64,000 bases of DNA from Nemertoderma westbladi (taxonomy: Eukaryota > Animalia > Xenacoelomorpha), in contig JAUCBJ010009104.1 in the NCBI GenBank assembly GCA_032718475.1, positions 1 to 64,000 of the forward strand. The letters are read 5' to 3'. Of this stretch, positions 12,831-26,930 are shown in pieces; position 1 is the first letter of the stretch, and the number at the start of each line of letters is the position of its first letter. Made by a program: the position numbers and the translations under genes. The notes below the pieces were generated by a model. The model made no database searches, was not told where the DNA came from, and worked only from the letters and a program-made list of their open reading frames with translations.

Positions 12831-14664
12831 ATTATGTATAATACATATGTGCAAAGCTTCTTCCTATATATTAGTTCTCTTTTGGTCGCTGGATGCACAT
12901 ATCTCTGCATCTATCAATCCTTATCTTAAATGCTTTGAAGTACAGTATAGTATTGTTGTATATCATGCACCATATCATTTTATAATACAAATCAGATGCG
13001 ATTTTTGGGATCTGCACCTTAAAATCAGTCAAAATCAAATTAAACTAACAGTTCCTAGATATAATTAACCAAAAGATATGTTTTGTGGCCGATTATTGAT
13101 ATCCAAATGGCGCTTAGGCACAAATTAGTGATGCTTGTGCAATAATTTCCCATGGGGTTGTGATGATTTTTTTTACTAAATAAACATAGGTTTGAATGGT
13201 TATACAATGCTAAAATCGAGATTAACTGAAATAAGATGCATGGAGGTAGACCTACAAAATGTTAATGCCAATATTTCAATATGTCCTTGGCACAATCAAT
13301 TGATTGATCGATTCATGAGTTGTGCCGGGCTTAAGTTATTGCCGGCTCATCGATTTAGTGGGTGTAGCTACACCCACTAAATCGATGATTGCGGTTCAAA
13401 TAAGTACGACCAACAGAAGCCTTCTTATCAGCAATTTCTATTATATTCTTACGGCAAGTATTTTAGATGGCATGCACCCTTTTGACTGCTTTGCCCCTGT
13501 CAGCAGTATCGTTACTTTAGGTACTACCCCCCTTTGACTGCTACCGCTTGTTAGTAGTATTGTTACGCAAGTCTGTTAATCCACTAGCTCATATATATAC
13601 CATATAAATCACCAGGCTCCATTCCTCGCCAGTAGTAGTTTGCATATTTAGTATCTGTTTATTTAGACACCCTGGACTGGGATTTATTGTCAGATACTGT
13701 ACAAGCCCGTATACCAGTATACACTACTAGATCTTACAGTAAGATACATCATTACTAGGATCCGGTAAGCGGTATACTACTGGACTTTTCAGTAGGAGAT
13801 ATATATATATATAAATATATATTATTAGCTATTGTAAAGGTAGGAAGATATTTTACAATTTAAAATTAGTAAAATTAGTAATTTGTAGAACGTCCCCTGC
13901 CAGCAGGCCTTAAGGGTAGTTTTATTCGTATTTGGCTAGCTATAAATAGTTAGTTAGTTTGTAATTATTTGTTTTACGCCGTGTGTATGCGGTGTTACTT
14001 TCGGTACTTGAAAAGGTACATAGGGTTTAAAGACCAAGTTGTATCGGTACCTAGGAAGAATTTTCGTAGAGTAGAAGTAAAACTCTCACCTTCCACCTTT
14101 CAGGACTCAAGGACTCATTTCTGGACCGCTTCGAGGGATTAGACTGCTTTTCGCAAAGTTTGGGAGACACAAAATTCGTCCGCGACGCCGAAAATGGAAT
14201 AACCCACGTCCGGTTTGTATTTGGGAATTTGTACGACTGGAACATCAAAGGAGTGTAAGTTTTACGACTCGTGTCGTTCAAACTTAAGAGCACAGTAGTA
14301 CTCAAAATTTGTGGGTTCCACTGTCTAATTAGTAGTGTTGTTGGTACTTATTTTCCCATTAGACGTTGCTGTTTTGCCTATTATTTGTACTTGTTGATCT
14401 ACATTTTGGTACCGTATACCGTTATCTCACTAATTCGTACAAATTTAGCCGGTAGGCTAGATTATTATATTTTATTATGTACCTTTGATTTTATTTGTAC
14501 CGGTTAGGGTATATATATAGTATATATATACCAAGGTAAGTCTGACATTTTTGACATTTTGACATTTCGGCATTCTGATACTTTGACATTTTATTATCCG
14601 TACTTGACATATATAATAGACTTGAGTGATACACCACATTCGACTCGATACCGACCTACCGACT

Positions 14665-16162
14665 ATGACTCGTGTGACCCGGACAGATCGACAGTAGATG
14701 AACCGAGAAGGAGAACCCGAGATTCTACCAATGTCACACCGCGTGCATCGCCGGCACCGCGAATGGAAATACCGGAAGCCGCAACGTGTGGCGACGGCAG
14801 AATCGAAGATTTCCTTACCGTCCTGCAGACCAGATCACGGGAACTGGACATGGTAAGTTCAACTGGAAGCCAGGAGAACATTATTAGGAGTATAGGAGGA
14901 CACATGGCCCAGATTACTCAAAACTTGGGAGAAGGTTTTCGCGTTTTACGCGAGTTAACCACCCTGATGTCGAGATATGAGTTCTACACCTCACAGGTAA
15001 GGATAGAAAGTAGGGTACATGCCTCCGTAGATAAACTTAAAGGTTTATATGAACTTGCAGAGTTGCGTGGTGACAACTTTACTCAGGTAAAGATAATAGA
15101 TAAGTTGGTAAGTGCGAGGGAAAGCCTCATTCAGTTTAAGTCGGTTATAGGATCGACTCAGCAAGAACAACTCGACCAACTGATGTGTGAGTCAGTTTTG
15201 GACGCGTTGTTACAACCCGAAGAGGAAGAAGAACTATACTGCCTGGACGGGAGGTTAGGGATGCTCACCAATTTTCTTCGTAGATGCGGCGTACCGATCG
15301 AAGAACTGGAAGTCGAAAAGTTCTAACTATGGAATGCTCGCGAGCCTACCAAATTCCACAACTGGATAGATCGTTCGTTAGTGTACGGAGCGACGTTGGC
15401 GACGTTATTAGGACAGCGTCTGTAATTACTCAACAACAACAGGAGGTCGCACGCCGGCAACAAGTCGCTGAGGAAGAAACGCAACAGCAGTTGGCAGAGA
15501 TAGCGGCTGAAGGAGAAAGACAGCGCAGAGAAGATGTAGAAAAATTTGCGAAACTCCAGGCTCAAGACAAATTTGAAGCATCGGAGATTAGAGGAAGATT
15601 TAGCGCGAGAAGCGGCCGTGGCGGCAGCAGCCGATGAGTTAGTACGACAGGCGGCAGCTGACGAGTTAGCACGACAGGCGGCGGTAAACGCAGACGAGTT
15701 AGCACAACAGGCAGCAGCTGACGAGTTAGCACGAGTTGCGGTGGTAAATGCAGCCGAGTTAGCACGGAAGAAAGCAGCATCCCACGCTCATGCCAAGTTG
15801 GAGGCGCGACAAATAAACGCTCGTTTAGCTATACAGGAAGCGGAGTTAGCGGCACAACAACAGGTGGCCGATCGACACGAAAGGGAGGTGCAGCTCTAGT
15901 TCGAACTAAATCGCAGATCGCGCGAGGCGGCGAACGCGCAAGAGGACCTCGAACTCGACGCGAGAGATAGATCTATAAGGTCTCGAGCTGGACATGGCCT
16001 GCTGCCCTGGATCGCATGGAGACTCGATATCGCGGAATTCAGAAGCGCATCGAGGAAGGAAGTGTGGGAGCGATAGATCGAGGAGAGGAGTTTGTCGAGG
16101 ATTACTGTCAATGTTTTCCCCAAGTTATTCCTATGCTCACACCCACGACTCCAGTAAATGGA
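14665..16162 (+). pseudogene. BEL-A gag N-terminal part, copy 2
   Basis: Tandem duplicate; CAG instead of the TAG at 10819. Confidence 0.7.
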
Positions 16163-18714
16163 TATCAGGATATGAAGGCTTCTGTTGGTCGTACAGAGTT
16201 AATTTTAGGCTTATTAATAATCAAATATGCTCAAAATCAATGGAGCTTTGTTCATATTAATTATATATAATTAAACAATGGTGATTCCAAAACTGCTTTC
16301 AGATTTGCCATGCTGCCATAGCATATCAAGTTTTTTTCACAATTGCCAATTTGAGTTCAAATTACTTATCGCGAACAACTGTGATGAGTGAAGTAGATTC
16401 AATAATAATCAAATATGCTCCAAATCAATATAAAACATGAAAAAGAGCTTTGTTAATTTGAGTTATATATTAAACAATACAATCTATATGGTAAATCGGC
16501 TATCAGATTTACCATAGCATATGTTGTAGATTGATTTGGGGGTGAATTTTATTCTTATTGAATCTACTTTCACTCATAATAATTGTTTGCGATAAGTAAT
16601 TTGAACTTAAATTGGCAATTGTAAAAAAAACATGATATCCTATGGCAGTATGGCAAATATGAAAGCAGATTTGGAATCAGCATTGTTTAAAAATATATAA
16701 TTCATATAAACAAAACTCCATTCAATGTTTTGGATTGATTTTGAGCATATTTGATTCTCATTTGAATCGATGCCACTCATCACAGTCATTTGCAATAAGT
16801 TTTTGAACTCAAAGTGGCAATTGTGTAAAAACTTGATGTGGTAGGGCAAATCTGAAATCAGATTTGGAATCAGCATTGCCTAATTATGTATAATACATAT
16901 GTGCAAAGCTTCTTCCTATATATTAGTTCTCTTTTGGTCGCTGGATGCACATATCTCTGCATCTATCAATCCTTATCTTAAATGCTTTGAAGTACAGTAT
17001 AGTATTGTTGTATATCATGCACCATATCATTTTATAATACAAATCAGATGCGATTTTTGGGATCTGCACCTTAAAATCAGTCAAAATCAAATTAAACTAA
17101 CAGTTCCTAGATATAATTAACCAAAAGATATGTTTTGTGGCCGATTATTGATATCCAAATGGCGCTTAGGCACAAATTAGTGATGCTTGTGCAATAATTT
17201 CCCATGGGGTTGTGATGATTTTTTTTACTAAATAAACATAGGTTTGAATGGTTATACAATGCTAAAATCGAGATTAACTGAAATAAGATGCAGGGAGGTA
17301 GACCTACAAAATGTTAATGCCAATATTTCAATATGTCCTTGGCACAATCAATTGATTGATCGATTCATGAGTTGTGCCGGGCTTAAGTTATTGCCGGCTC
17401 ATCGATTTAGTGGGTGTAGCTACACCCACTAAATCGATGATTGCGGTTCAAATAAGTACGACCAACAGAAGCCTTCTTATCAGCAATTTCTATTATATTC
17501 TTACGGCAAGTATTTTAGATGGCATGCACCCTTTTGACTGCTTTGCCCCTGTCAGCAGTATCGTTACTTTAGGTACTACCCCCCTTTGACTGCTACCGCT
17601 TGTTAGTAGTATTGTTACGCAAGTCTGTTAATCCACTAGCTCATATATATACCATATAAATCACCAGGCTCCATTCCTCGCCAGTAGTAGTTTGCATATT
17701 TAGTATCTGTTTATTTAGACACCCTGGACTGGGATTTATTGTCAGATACTGTACAAGCCCGTATACCAGTATACACTACTAGATCTTACAGTAAGATACA
17801 TCATTACTAGGATCCGGTAAGCGGTATACTACTGGACTTTTCAGTAGGAGATATATATATATAAATATATATTATTAGCTATTGTAAAGGTAGGAAGATA
17901 TTTTACAATTTAAAATTAGTAAAATTAGTAATTTGTAGAACGTCCCCTGCCAGTAGGCCTTAAGGGTAGTTTTATTCGTATTTGGCTAGCTATAAATAGT
18001 TAGTTAGTTTGTAATTATTTGTTTTACGCCGTGTGTATGCGGTGTTACTTTCGGTACTTGAAAAGGTACATAGGGTTTAAAGATCAAGTTGTATCGGTAC
18101 CTAGGAAGAATTTTCATAGAGTGGAAGTAAAACTCTCACCTTCCACCTTTCAGGACTCCAGGACTCATTTCTGGACCGCTTCGAGGGATTAGACTGCTTT
18201 TCGCAAAGTTTGGGAGACACAAAATTCGTCCGCGACGCCGAAAATGGAATAACCCACGTCCGGTTTGTATTTGGGAATTTGTACGACTGGAACATCAAAG
18301 GAGTGTAAGTTTTACGACTCGTGTCGTTCAAACTTAAGAGCACAGTAGTACTCAAAATTTGTGGGTTCCACTGTCTAATTAGTAGTGTTGTTGGTACTTA
18401 TTTTCCCATTAGACGTTGCTGTTTTGCCTATTATTTGTACTTGTTGATCTACATTTTGGTACCGTATACCGTTATCTCACTAATTCGTACAAATTTAGCC
18501 GGTAGGCTAGATTATTATATTTTATTATGTACCTTTGATTTTATTTGTACCGGTTAGGGTATATATATAGTATATATATACCAAGGTAAGTCTGACATTT
18601 TTGACATTTTGACATTTCGGCATTCTGATACTTTGACATTTTATTATCCGTACTTGACATATATAATAGACTTGAGTGATACACCACATTCGACTCGATA
18701 CCAACCTACCGACT

Positions 18715-20211
18715 ATGACTCGTGTGACCCGGACAGATCGACAGTAGATGAACCAAGAAGGAGAACCCGAGATTCTACCAATGTCACACCGCGTGCATCG
18801 CCGGCACCGCGATTGGAAATACCGGAAGCCGCAACATGTGGCGACGGCAGAATCGAAGATTTCCTTACCGTCCTGCAGACCAGATCACGGGAACTGGACA
18901 TGGTAAGTTCAACTGGAAGCCAGGACAACATTATTAGGAGTATAGGAGGACACATGGCCCAGATTACTCAAAACTTGGGAGAAGGTTTTCGCGTTTTACG
19001 CGAGTTAACCACCCTGATGTCGAGATATGAGTTCTACACCTCACAGGTAAGGATAGAAAGTAGGGTACATGCCTCCGTAGATAAACTTAAAGGTTTATAT
19101 GAACTTGCAGAGTTGCGTGGTGACAACTTTACTCAGGTAAAGATAATAGATAAGTTGGTAAGTGCGAGGGAAAGCCTCATTCAGTTTAAGTCGGTTATAG
19201 GATCGACTCAGCAAGAACAACTCGACCAACTGATGTGTTAGTCAGTTTTGGACGCGTTGTTACAACCCGAAGAGGAAGAAGAACTATACTGCCTGGACGG
19301 GAGGTTAGGGATGCTCACCAATTTTCTTCGTAGATGCGGCGTACCGATCGAAGAACCGGAAGTCGAAAAGTTCTAACTATGGAATGCTCGCGAGCCTACC
19401 AAATTCCACAACTGGATAGATCGTTCATTAGTGTACGGAGCGACGTTGGCGACGTTATTAGGACAGCGTCTGTAATTACTCAACAACAACAGGAGGTAGC
19501 ACGCCGGCAACAAGTCGCTGAGGAAGAAACGCAACAGCAGTTGGCAGAGATAGCGGCTGAAGGAGAAAGACAGCGCAGAGAAGATGTAGAAAAATTTGCG
19601 AATTCCAGGCTCAAGACAAATTTGAAGCATCGGAGATTAGAGGAAGATTTAGCGCGAGAAGCGGCCGTGGCGGCAGCAGCCGATGAGTTAGTACGACAGG
19701 CGGCAGCTGACGAGTTAGCACGACAGGCGGCGGTAAACGCAGACGAGTTAGCACAACAGGCAGCAGCTGACGAGTTAGCACGAGTTGCGGTGGTAAATGC
19801 AGCCGAGTTAGCACGGAAGAAAGCAGCATCCCACGCTCATGCCAAGTTGGAGGCGCGACAAATAAACGCTCGTTTAGCTATACAGGAAGCGGAGTTAGCG
19901 GCACAACAACAGGTGGCCGATCGACACGAAAGGGAGGTGCAGCTCTAGTTCGAACTAAATCGCAGATCGCGCGAGGCGGCGAACGCGCAAGAGGACCTCG
20001 AACTCGACGCGAGAGATAGATCTATAAGGTCTCGAGCTGGACATGGCCTGCTGCCCTGGATCGCATGGAGACTCGATATCGCGGAATTCAGAAGCGCATC
20101 GAGGAAGGAAGTGTGGGAGCGATAGATCGAGGAGAGGAGTTTGTCGAGGATTACTGTCAATGTTTTCCCCAAGTTATTCCTATGCTCACACCCACGACTC
20201 CAGTAAATGGA
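18715..20211 (+). pseudogene. BEL-A gag N-terminal part, copy 3
   Basis: Tandem duplicate; private stop at 19239 and a 1-bp deletion near 19601. Confidence 0.7.
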
Positions 20212-21215
20212 TATCAGGATATGAAGGCTTCTGTTGGTCGTACAGAGTTAATTTTAGGCTTATTAATAATCAAATATGCTCAAAATCAATGGAGCTTTGT
20301 TCATATTAATTATATATAATTAAACAATGGTGATTCCAAAACTGCTTTCAGATTTGCCATGCTGCCATAGCATATCAAGTTTTTTTTCACAATTGCCAAT
20401 TTGAGTTCAAATTACTTATCGCGAACAACTGTGATGAGTGAAGTAGATTCAATAATAATCAAATATGCTCCAAATCAATATAAAACATGAAAAAGAGCTT
20501 TGTTAATTTGAGTTATATATTAAACAATACAATCTATATGGTAAATCGGCTATCAGATTTACCATAGCATATGTTGTAGATTGATTTGGGGGTGAATTTT
20601 ATTCTTATTGAATCTACTTTCACTCATAATAATTGTTTGCGATAAGTAATTTGAACTTAAATTGGCAATTGTAAAAAAAACATGATATCCTATGGCAGTA
20701 TGGCAAATATGAAAGCAGATTTGGAATCAGCATTGCTTAAAAATATATAATTCATATAAACAAAACTCCATTCAATGTTTTGGATTGATTTTGAGCATAT
20801 TTGATTCTCATTTGAATCGATGCCACTCATCACAGTCATTTGCAATAAGTTTTTGAACTCAAAGTGGCAATTGTGTAAAAACTTGATGTGGTAGGGCAAA
20901 TCTGAAATCAGATTTGGAATCAGCATTGCCTAATTATGTATAATACATATGTGCAAAGCTTCTTCCTATATATTAGTTCTCTTTTGGTCGCTGGATGCAC
21001 ATATCTCTGCATATCTATCAATCCTTATCTTAAATGCTTTGAAGTACAGTATAGTATTGTTGTATATCATGCACCATATCATTTTATAATACAAATCAGA
21101 TGCGATTTTTGGGATCTGCACCTTAAAATCAGTCAAAATCAAATTAAACTAACAGTTCCTAGATATAATTAACCAAAAGATATGTTTTGTGGCCGATTAT
21201 TGATATCCAAATGGC

Positions 21216-21315
21216 NNNNNNNNNNNNNNNNNNNNNNNNNNNNNNNNNNNNNNNNNNNNNNNNNNNNNNNNNNNNNNNNNNNNNNNNNNNNNNNNNNNNN
21301 NNNNNNNNNNNNNNN
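21216..21315. other. Assembly gap (100 N)
   Basis: Run of N. Confidence 1.
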
Positions 21316-24039
21316 TTCGCACGCGATCAATCGGTGACCAGTCACTCAACTTCAGTGTGTTTGAGCTATCTCTAATATTTGATGTACATGCTTAAAATTT
21401 CGCATGTCGTATTTTTTGACGAAATGGAAACATTTGAGGGGGTCAGAGATGATAAATTCCAACCTTTCAAAATAAGGACCACCCTAATGTGGGTAGTACC
21501 CACAGGATTGAACCGAGTTTAACGCGACCTACGACTTCGTGGAAGGCTTGCGAGCCTACCGACCAACGGAGAGCTGTAGATCCCAGACCACAATGAACTC
21601 GACCAAGAGTAATACGCCGTACGCGAACCCGCCAACCGCCATATCCTGATGATAGCGATTCATCCAGTGATACGGAGTCGACGGAACGGGAAATATTCCA
21701 TACTGGAGCGGCGGCTGATTAGAAACGAGAGGAGAGATCGACGAATCCTTACATTGACAATCCTCCACGAGAAACACCCCTGCAGAAACCCACGTTGCAA
21801 CCAGCGGAAGCGATTAGCGCCAAACAGTTCACTGAGATGGCGGACTGACTAGCTCAACTCGAAGAGCAACTCGAAGCGCAACCATCGGATCGATCACGAA
21901 CCAGCGTGGAGTTGGAACGATCTAGACAACATCGACCACCACGGAGAGAACAGGAGACTAGACAGACTCCGAACCATCGAGAAGAAGATCCCGTTAATAT
22001 TTCCTACCAACGGACGATGCGCGGAAGGGAACGACTGGATGACGTAACCGAACAGGGACACGGACAGTTATACTTAGTTAGCGAGATTGCTAAGTTTGCG
22101 GCCAGACACAGATTACTGGCACAACAACCACCGAAGTTATCTGGCAACGTGAAGCACTGGTAGACTCCATAGAGTCCCAGATCGCTAAGTGTGCTTTCAC
22201 CTCGACGGAGAAGTTTAATTACTTGCTCCAAGTACTGTCTGGTGAGCCGAAACGATTAGTGGAGACCTTTATTGGTGTTCCGAATGCCTTCGAGTTGGCG
22301 TACGACCGCTTGTTTTCGATTTACGGCGGCAACGTAGCCATGGCTAAATCTATTATCGAAGACCTCTGCAGAGGAGGAAGTATTTCGAAACTGATCGATC
22401 TTCTATGACTCGCGGACGAAATCAAGAACGCTATAGGTACTTTATGGTCCATCGGACAACTCGAATACGCCAATGCACATAATCGGTAGACTCCATCATC
22501 GATTACGACGAGAGTGGCGACATATTGAGTATCAGCGTGAAGAGGCCGGTGGGCTATTAAAACTTACCGATGTCTACCAATTGATTTCGCGAGAGGCCAT
22601 GGTTGAGACTTAATCAAACTACACTGACCACCATATAGCAGCAGAAGGAATAGCGATTGCTGCGCTGAATCGGACCAAACAATTTCCGACGAATGCGAAA
22701 GCCGTGAGTTATGCCACCCTAACGGAAACTTCTAAAGTTCTGACGCCTATCGGAACCAAGCAGCCACAACAACTGTTGCCGGCGAATTTTGTGGGATGCC
22801 CATATTGCAAACGGAACGGCAGAAACCACAGCGGACATAAACTACGTGGATGTCGCGCCTTTAGAGAATTAGGGGTTGAAGAGAGAAGACTCCAAATTCG
22901 ACCGTTAGATTCTTGATGGAGATATACCATGCCTGGACACGTCAGGAAGGATTGCCCGAGCGATGATACATGCCCTCTATGTGGACATAACCACAATGCG
23001 TTACTCCACACGAATAGTCATACTCCGACCAAACACTTTCGACGAGAGCATCCAGATAAAGTGGCTAGATGCGACGCACTTTATAAGGAGCACGCATCAT
23101 GCGAAATCCGTACGTTCTATACTGACTGTATGGATCAATCAGGATCATCGGACGAGGATGAGGAGGACGACGACACCTTTTACGTGCATGCAGGGGAGGA
23201 ACAACCATCAATAACACTCCTCACACAGAACCAATTGAAAGGGTTTAGCGTGATTCCTATAAAGATTACCGGAACCCGAGGGAGCAAGCTTATATACGCT
23301 ATCCTAGGCTCTGCATCATCGCCTAGTTACGTCGACGAACAAGTAGCCGACGTAGTTACTGACATGAGTAAAGGTAAGACTGCTCAGTATACTATAAGCA
23401 GCATGCATGGTAAGAGAGCGATCCCAGTGATGAGAGTAAAATTAAGTTTAGATACTCTTCTTTCCAAAGCGGAACACAGCAAGGAGGAGTGCTCATTACT
23501 TCCAGTAAGAAATTTGACCTTTGCAGCTACGAAGGACTTTAGTAACTTGCTCGCCCTGTGCAAGAGCAATCACCAGAAGATTGTAAGCATTTCCGACACC
23601 TTGGAATACCGGAATGTACTGTTAATTATCACTCAATCGCGATGTTGATTGGGACAGACCAGTTTAACTTACATCAGGTATACTAGACACGCCCATCTGT
23701 CATTACAGCGGGCAACCCCTACGCATGTAGAACTCCCATAGGTTGGTATACTAGAGCACCAGTGCGTTCACTAGAGGTAAGTGACCAGGAGGACGACGTT
23801 TTGAGTATGTGTACTTTACTGACTACTACGATAGATAATTCTCCTTCACACTCCTGTGGTCCAATTATACAGACTGCACTATGACAGACTTGCGTCGCTA
23901 CCACTGACGTAACTGATACTGACGTAACTGATCTGGACACGACCACATGGACCTTTGACTTACAGCTACTTGCAGCAAAACAGGTTGTATTGACTACTGA
24001 AGACCAAAGGGTTATTGCTATAGATGACTCGATGAACGA

Positions 24040-24225
24040 GGGTTTTGGAAGGCTTGCGAGCCTACCGAAAAATCCGAAGGTCATTGACCCCACCCACCAG
24101 GCTTCGACACCGGTCGTTGATCTTGGAAGGCTTGCGAACCTACCGACAGATCAGAAGGTTGTCAAACCGCCTCATGACGTTTCGACGCCGACTAGTGACA
24201 CCGGAAGGCTTGTGAGCCTACCAGA
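24040..24225 (+). repeat. 78-bp in-frame tandem repeat, ~2.5-3 copies, in the protease-RT linker
   Basis: GGAAGGCTTG at 24047, 24125 and 24203 (78-bp spacing); GRLASLP/GRLANLP/GRLVSLP. Confidence 0.85.
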
Positions 24226-26204
24226 CACATTAACATTAGGCACCACAGCGGACAAAGACGTAGACGAGGACTATGGTGCAGTGCCAGCAGCGCTTGATCG
24301 ACTGCTGACTGAACAGACCATTAAATGGTTAGAACAGGACTCAGCAGAACCCGGTAGTTACGAGACCACTATGTCAGAACAGGAAAAACGGTCATAAAAT
24401 ATTATGAGAGATACCATTCGCCAGACCGCGAATGGCCACTACGAAGTTGGCATGTTGTGGCGCCATGGACAACCTAAGCTCGTTAACAACTACCCGCTTG
24501 CCTTGAGGTGATTTAAATCAATAAGGGAGCGATTGTTGCGTGATGAGATGGCCCATATGCAATACAATGTGCAACTTCAGACGTATCTCCAAAAGGGATA
24601 CGCCATTAGGATGTTAAATCCGAGGTAACCACAGATCAAACATATTACCTGCCACATCATTTTGTTCGACACCCGGACAAACCTGGCAAGGTGCGTGTAG
24701 TCAACGACTGCGCCGCGCTTTACCAAGGGATGTCTATGAACAGCGAACTGATGGACGGGCCGATATGAATAATTACCTCATGGGAGTCCTAATGCATTTT
24801 AGACAACGCAAAGTGGCTTTCACCTGTGACGTAGAGGCCATGTTTCACGAGGTTAATGCTTTGGAGCTGGACAGGGACAGTTTAAGGTTTCTTTGGTACC
24901 CGGACAGAAACTTAGAACTTCCGCCAGAAACTTACCAAATGCAGATAAGAGTTTTCGGAGCCAGGGATAGCCCTAACTGCACCATGTACGCCTTAAAGCA
25001 GACAGCATTGGACAGACGAGACCAATTCGACCCAGAAGTAGCTTGGACAGTAGAACGAGACTTCTACGTGGATGATGGCCTCAAGAGTTGTGACACTCTG
25101 GAGCGTGCTACAACAGTAGCGCACCAACTCCAAGATTGTCTCGCCGAGGGTGGATTTCGCCTCACGAAGTTCGCTTCCAACGAACCCGAACTAGTAAACT
25201 CATTTGACCCAACGGATCGCAGTGGAGGAGACTTGGACTTAGACCTAGAACCTCTACCTACGACCAAGGTATTAGGACTTAGTTGGGACCCGAATACCGA
25301 TAACTTTAGGGTACGTGTAAGGTCCAACAACCAGATTAGACCTCTCACTAAGAGGACTTGCTTTTCAACCATGATCCGATTGTATGACCCATTGTGTTTC
25401 ATTAGTCCAGTGATCCTACACGCTAGGATCATACTCCGCAGCATTTGGCAAGCCGGACTGGAATGGGACGACCCCATCCCAGAAAAGTTAGCTGAGCAAT
25501 GGAGGGACTGGGAAGCCCAACTGACGTTCTTACAAGACTATACCATACCGGGGGTATGCTTTCCTTTGCAGACCACCTTTTCTGCCAATTTGGAGCTTCA
25601 CAGCTTCAGCGACGCTAGTAAGGATGGACTGGGGGTTACTTTATACCTTAGACGACAAGTGACATCGGACAGCTACGATGTGTCTCTCGTTACTTCTAGA
25701 GCTAGAACAATGCCGTTGAAGTATATGACTGTACCTCGTGGAGAGCTGCAAGCTGGGACGATATCCACTGATATTGTCAGTTTAGTTCAACGCGAGCTGG
25801 AGGCTAACTTAAAGGTCACGTATTGGACGGATGCGATGTTGGTACTTTGGTACATAAACAACGAAACATTTAAGTTCAAGACTTTCATAGCCAACAGACG
25901 GGCTGAAATATTGGACCGGTTGCTCAAACAAGATTGGCATCACTGTCCAGGGAAGCTGAACTCAGCTGGCATCATGTCACGGTGGATGCTACCAATTGAC
26001 TTTTGTAAACCGGACAATAAATCCTTTTGGTTTAGAGGACCTGACTTCCTACAAGGACCATCGGACAAATGGCCACCGTTATTCGACGTGACAACTAACA
26101 CCATACCGGAGGGTGCCGAGATAAAAATCGACACTGTTGTCAAGTCCAAAGCGAAAGCCAACGCCAAGGTCAAGAGGAAACAAGGACGGATGAAATCTGA
26201 TGAC

Positions 26205-26655
26205 CTGGACATTAGACCTGACATTACGCCAGATGTCTCACCAGACACTCGACCTCACGTTCCATTGAATCTTTCACCGGATGTTCCGCGGGATATTTCA
26301 CCAGACATTTCACCGGATTGTTCACCAGATATCTCGCCAGATATTTCACCAGAAGCGACACCAGATTGTTTTCCAGATTATTCGCCAGATTGTTTTATGG
26401 AACTCTCGACAGATTGTCCACCGGACGTCTCGTCAGACTTCCCAACAGACATCTCGACAGACTGTCCACTATACTTTGGATGAGACATTCTGACAGAAGC
26501 TACGCCAGACTTTCTTTGGGACCGACGACAGGACATTTCGCTGGAATTTCCACGCTATTTCTCACCAGACATCTCACCAGACTGTTCACCGGACGTCTCA
26601 CCAGACTGTTCACCGGACGTCTCACCAGACTGTCTACTAGACTTTCCACTAGACG
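26205..26655 (+). repeat. 12-bp minisatellite (PD[I/V/C]S)n in the RNase H-integrase linker
   Basis: CCAGACATTTCA/CCAGATTGTTCA-type units; ORF reads PDISPDCSPDIS. Confidence 0.9.
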
Positions 26656-26785
26656 ACTCATTGGAAAGAAACGACGTGTGCTATAAAGATGCAATACCCC
26701 CATTGAAGCGGACTAGTACACACCCACTAGAGTTTAACAACTTACCAAATTTGACTTCCTTGGACAACAAAGGTGTGGCCACAGC

Positions 26786-26930
26786 TACTACTACTACTAT
26801 TAGGATCAGCATGCTGCATTGCAGCTGCATTTTTAAGAATGCTGTGCCGGCTTGTCAACAAAATTGCACCGCCACAACTCCGTATCACCCATGACATTTG
26901 CTAGATCATCCGCATCTTGTGGCCATCATC
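26786..26930 (-). mobile_element. Severely 5'-truncated RTE-type LINE with (TAG)n tail and 11-bp TSD
   Basis: TSD GTGGCCACAGC at 26775-26785 and 26931-26941; insert matches the LINE 3' end at 61405-61530. Confidence 0.9.

Larger units (their letters stand above)
9399..21215 (+). repeat. Tandem array of ~4.05-kb units (9399-13448, 13449-17500, 17501-gap): LTR 3' end + leader + 5' gag + AT-rich foreign segment
   Basis: ACGGCAAGTATTTTAG recurs at 9401, 13451 and 17503; ORF track repeats three times; copies differ by a few substitutions and indels. Confidence 0.97.

Noticed and set aside
9399-21215. Pure assembly artefact
   Set aside because: Units carry private substitutions and indels; not excluded, but less likely.
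21316-21490. MITE end (..GGACCACCCTA) with a TSD matching the gag break near 12110
   Set aside because: No matching left TIR or TSD visible; the partner is probably in the gap.
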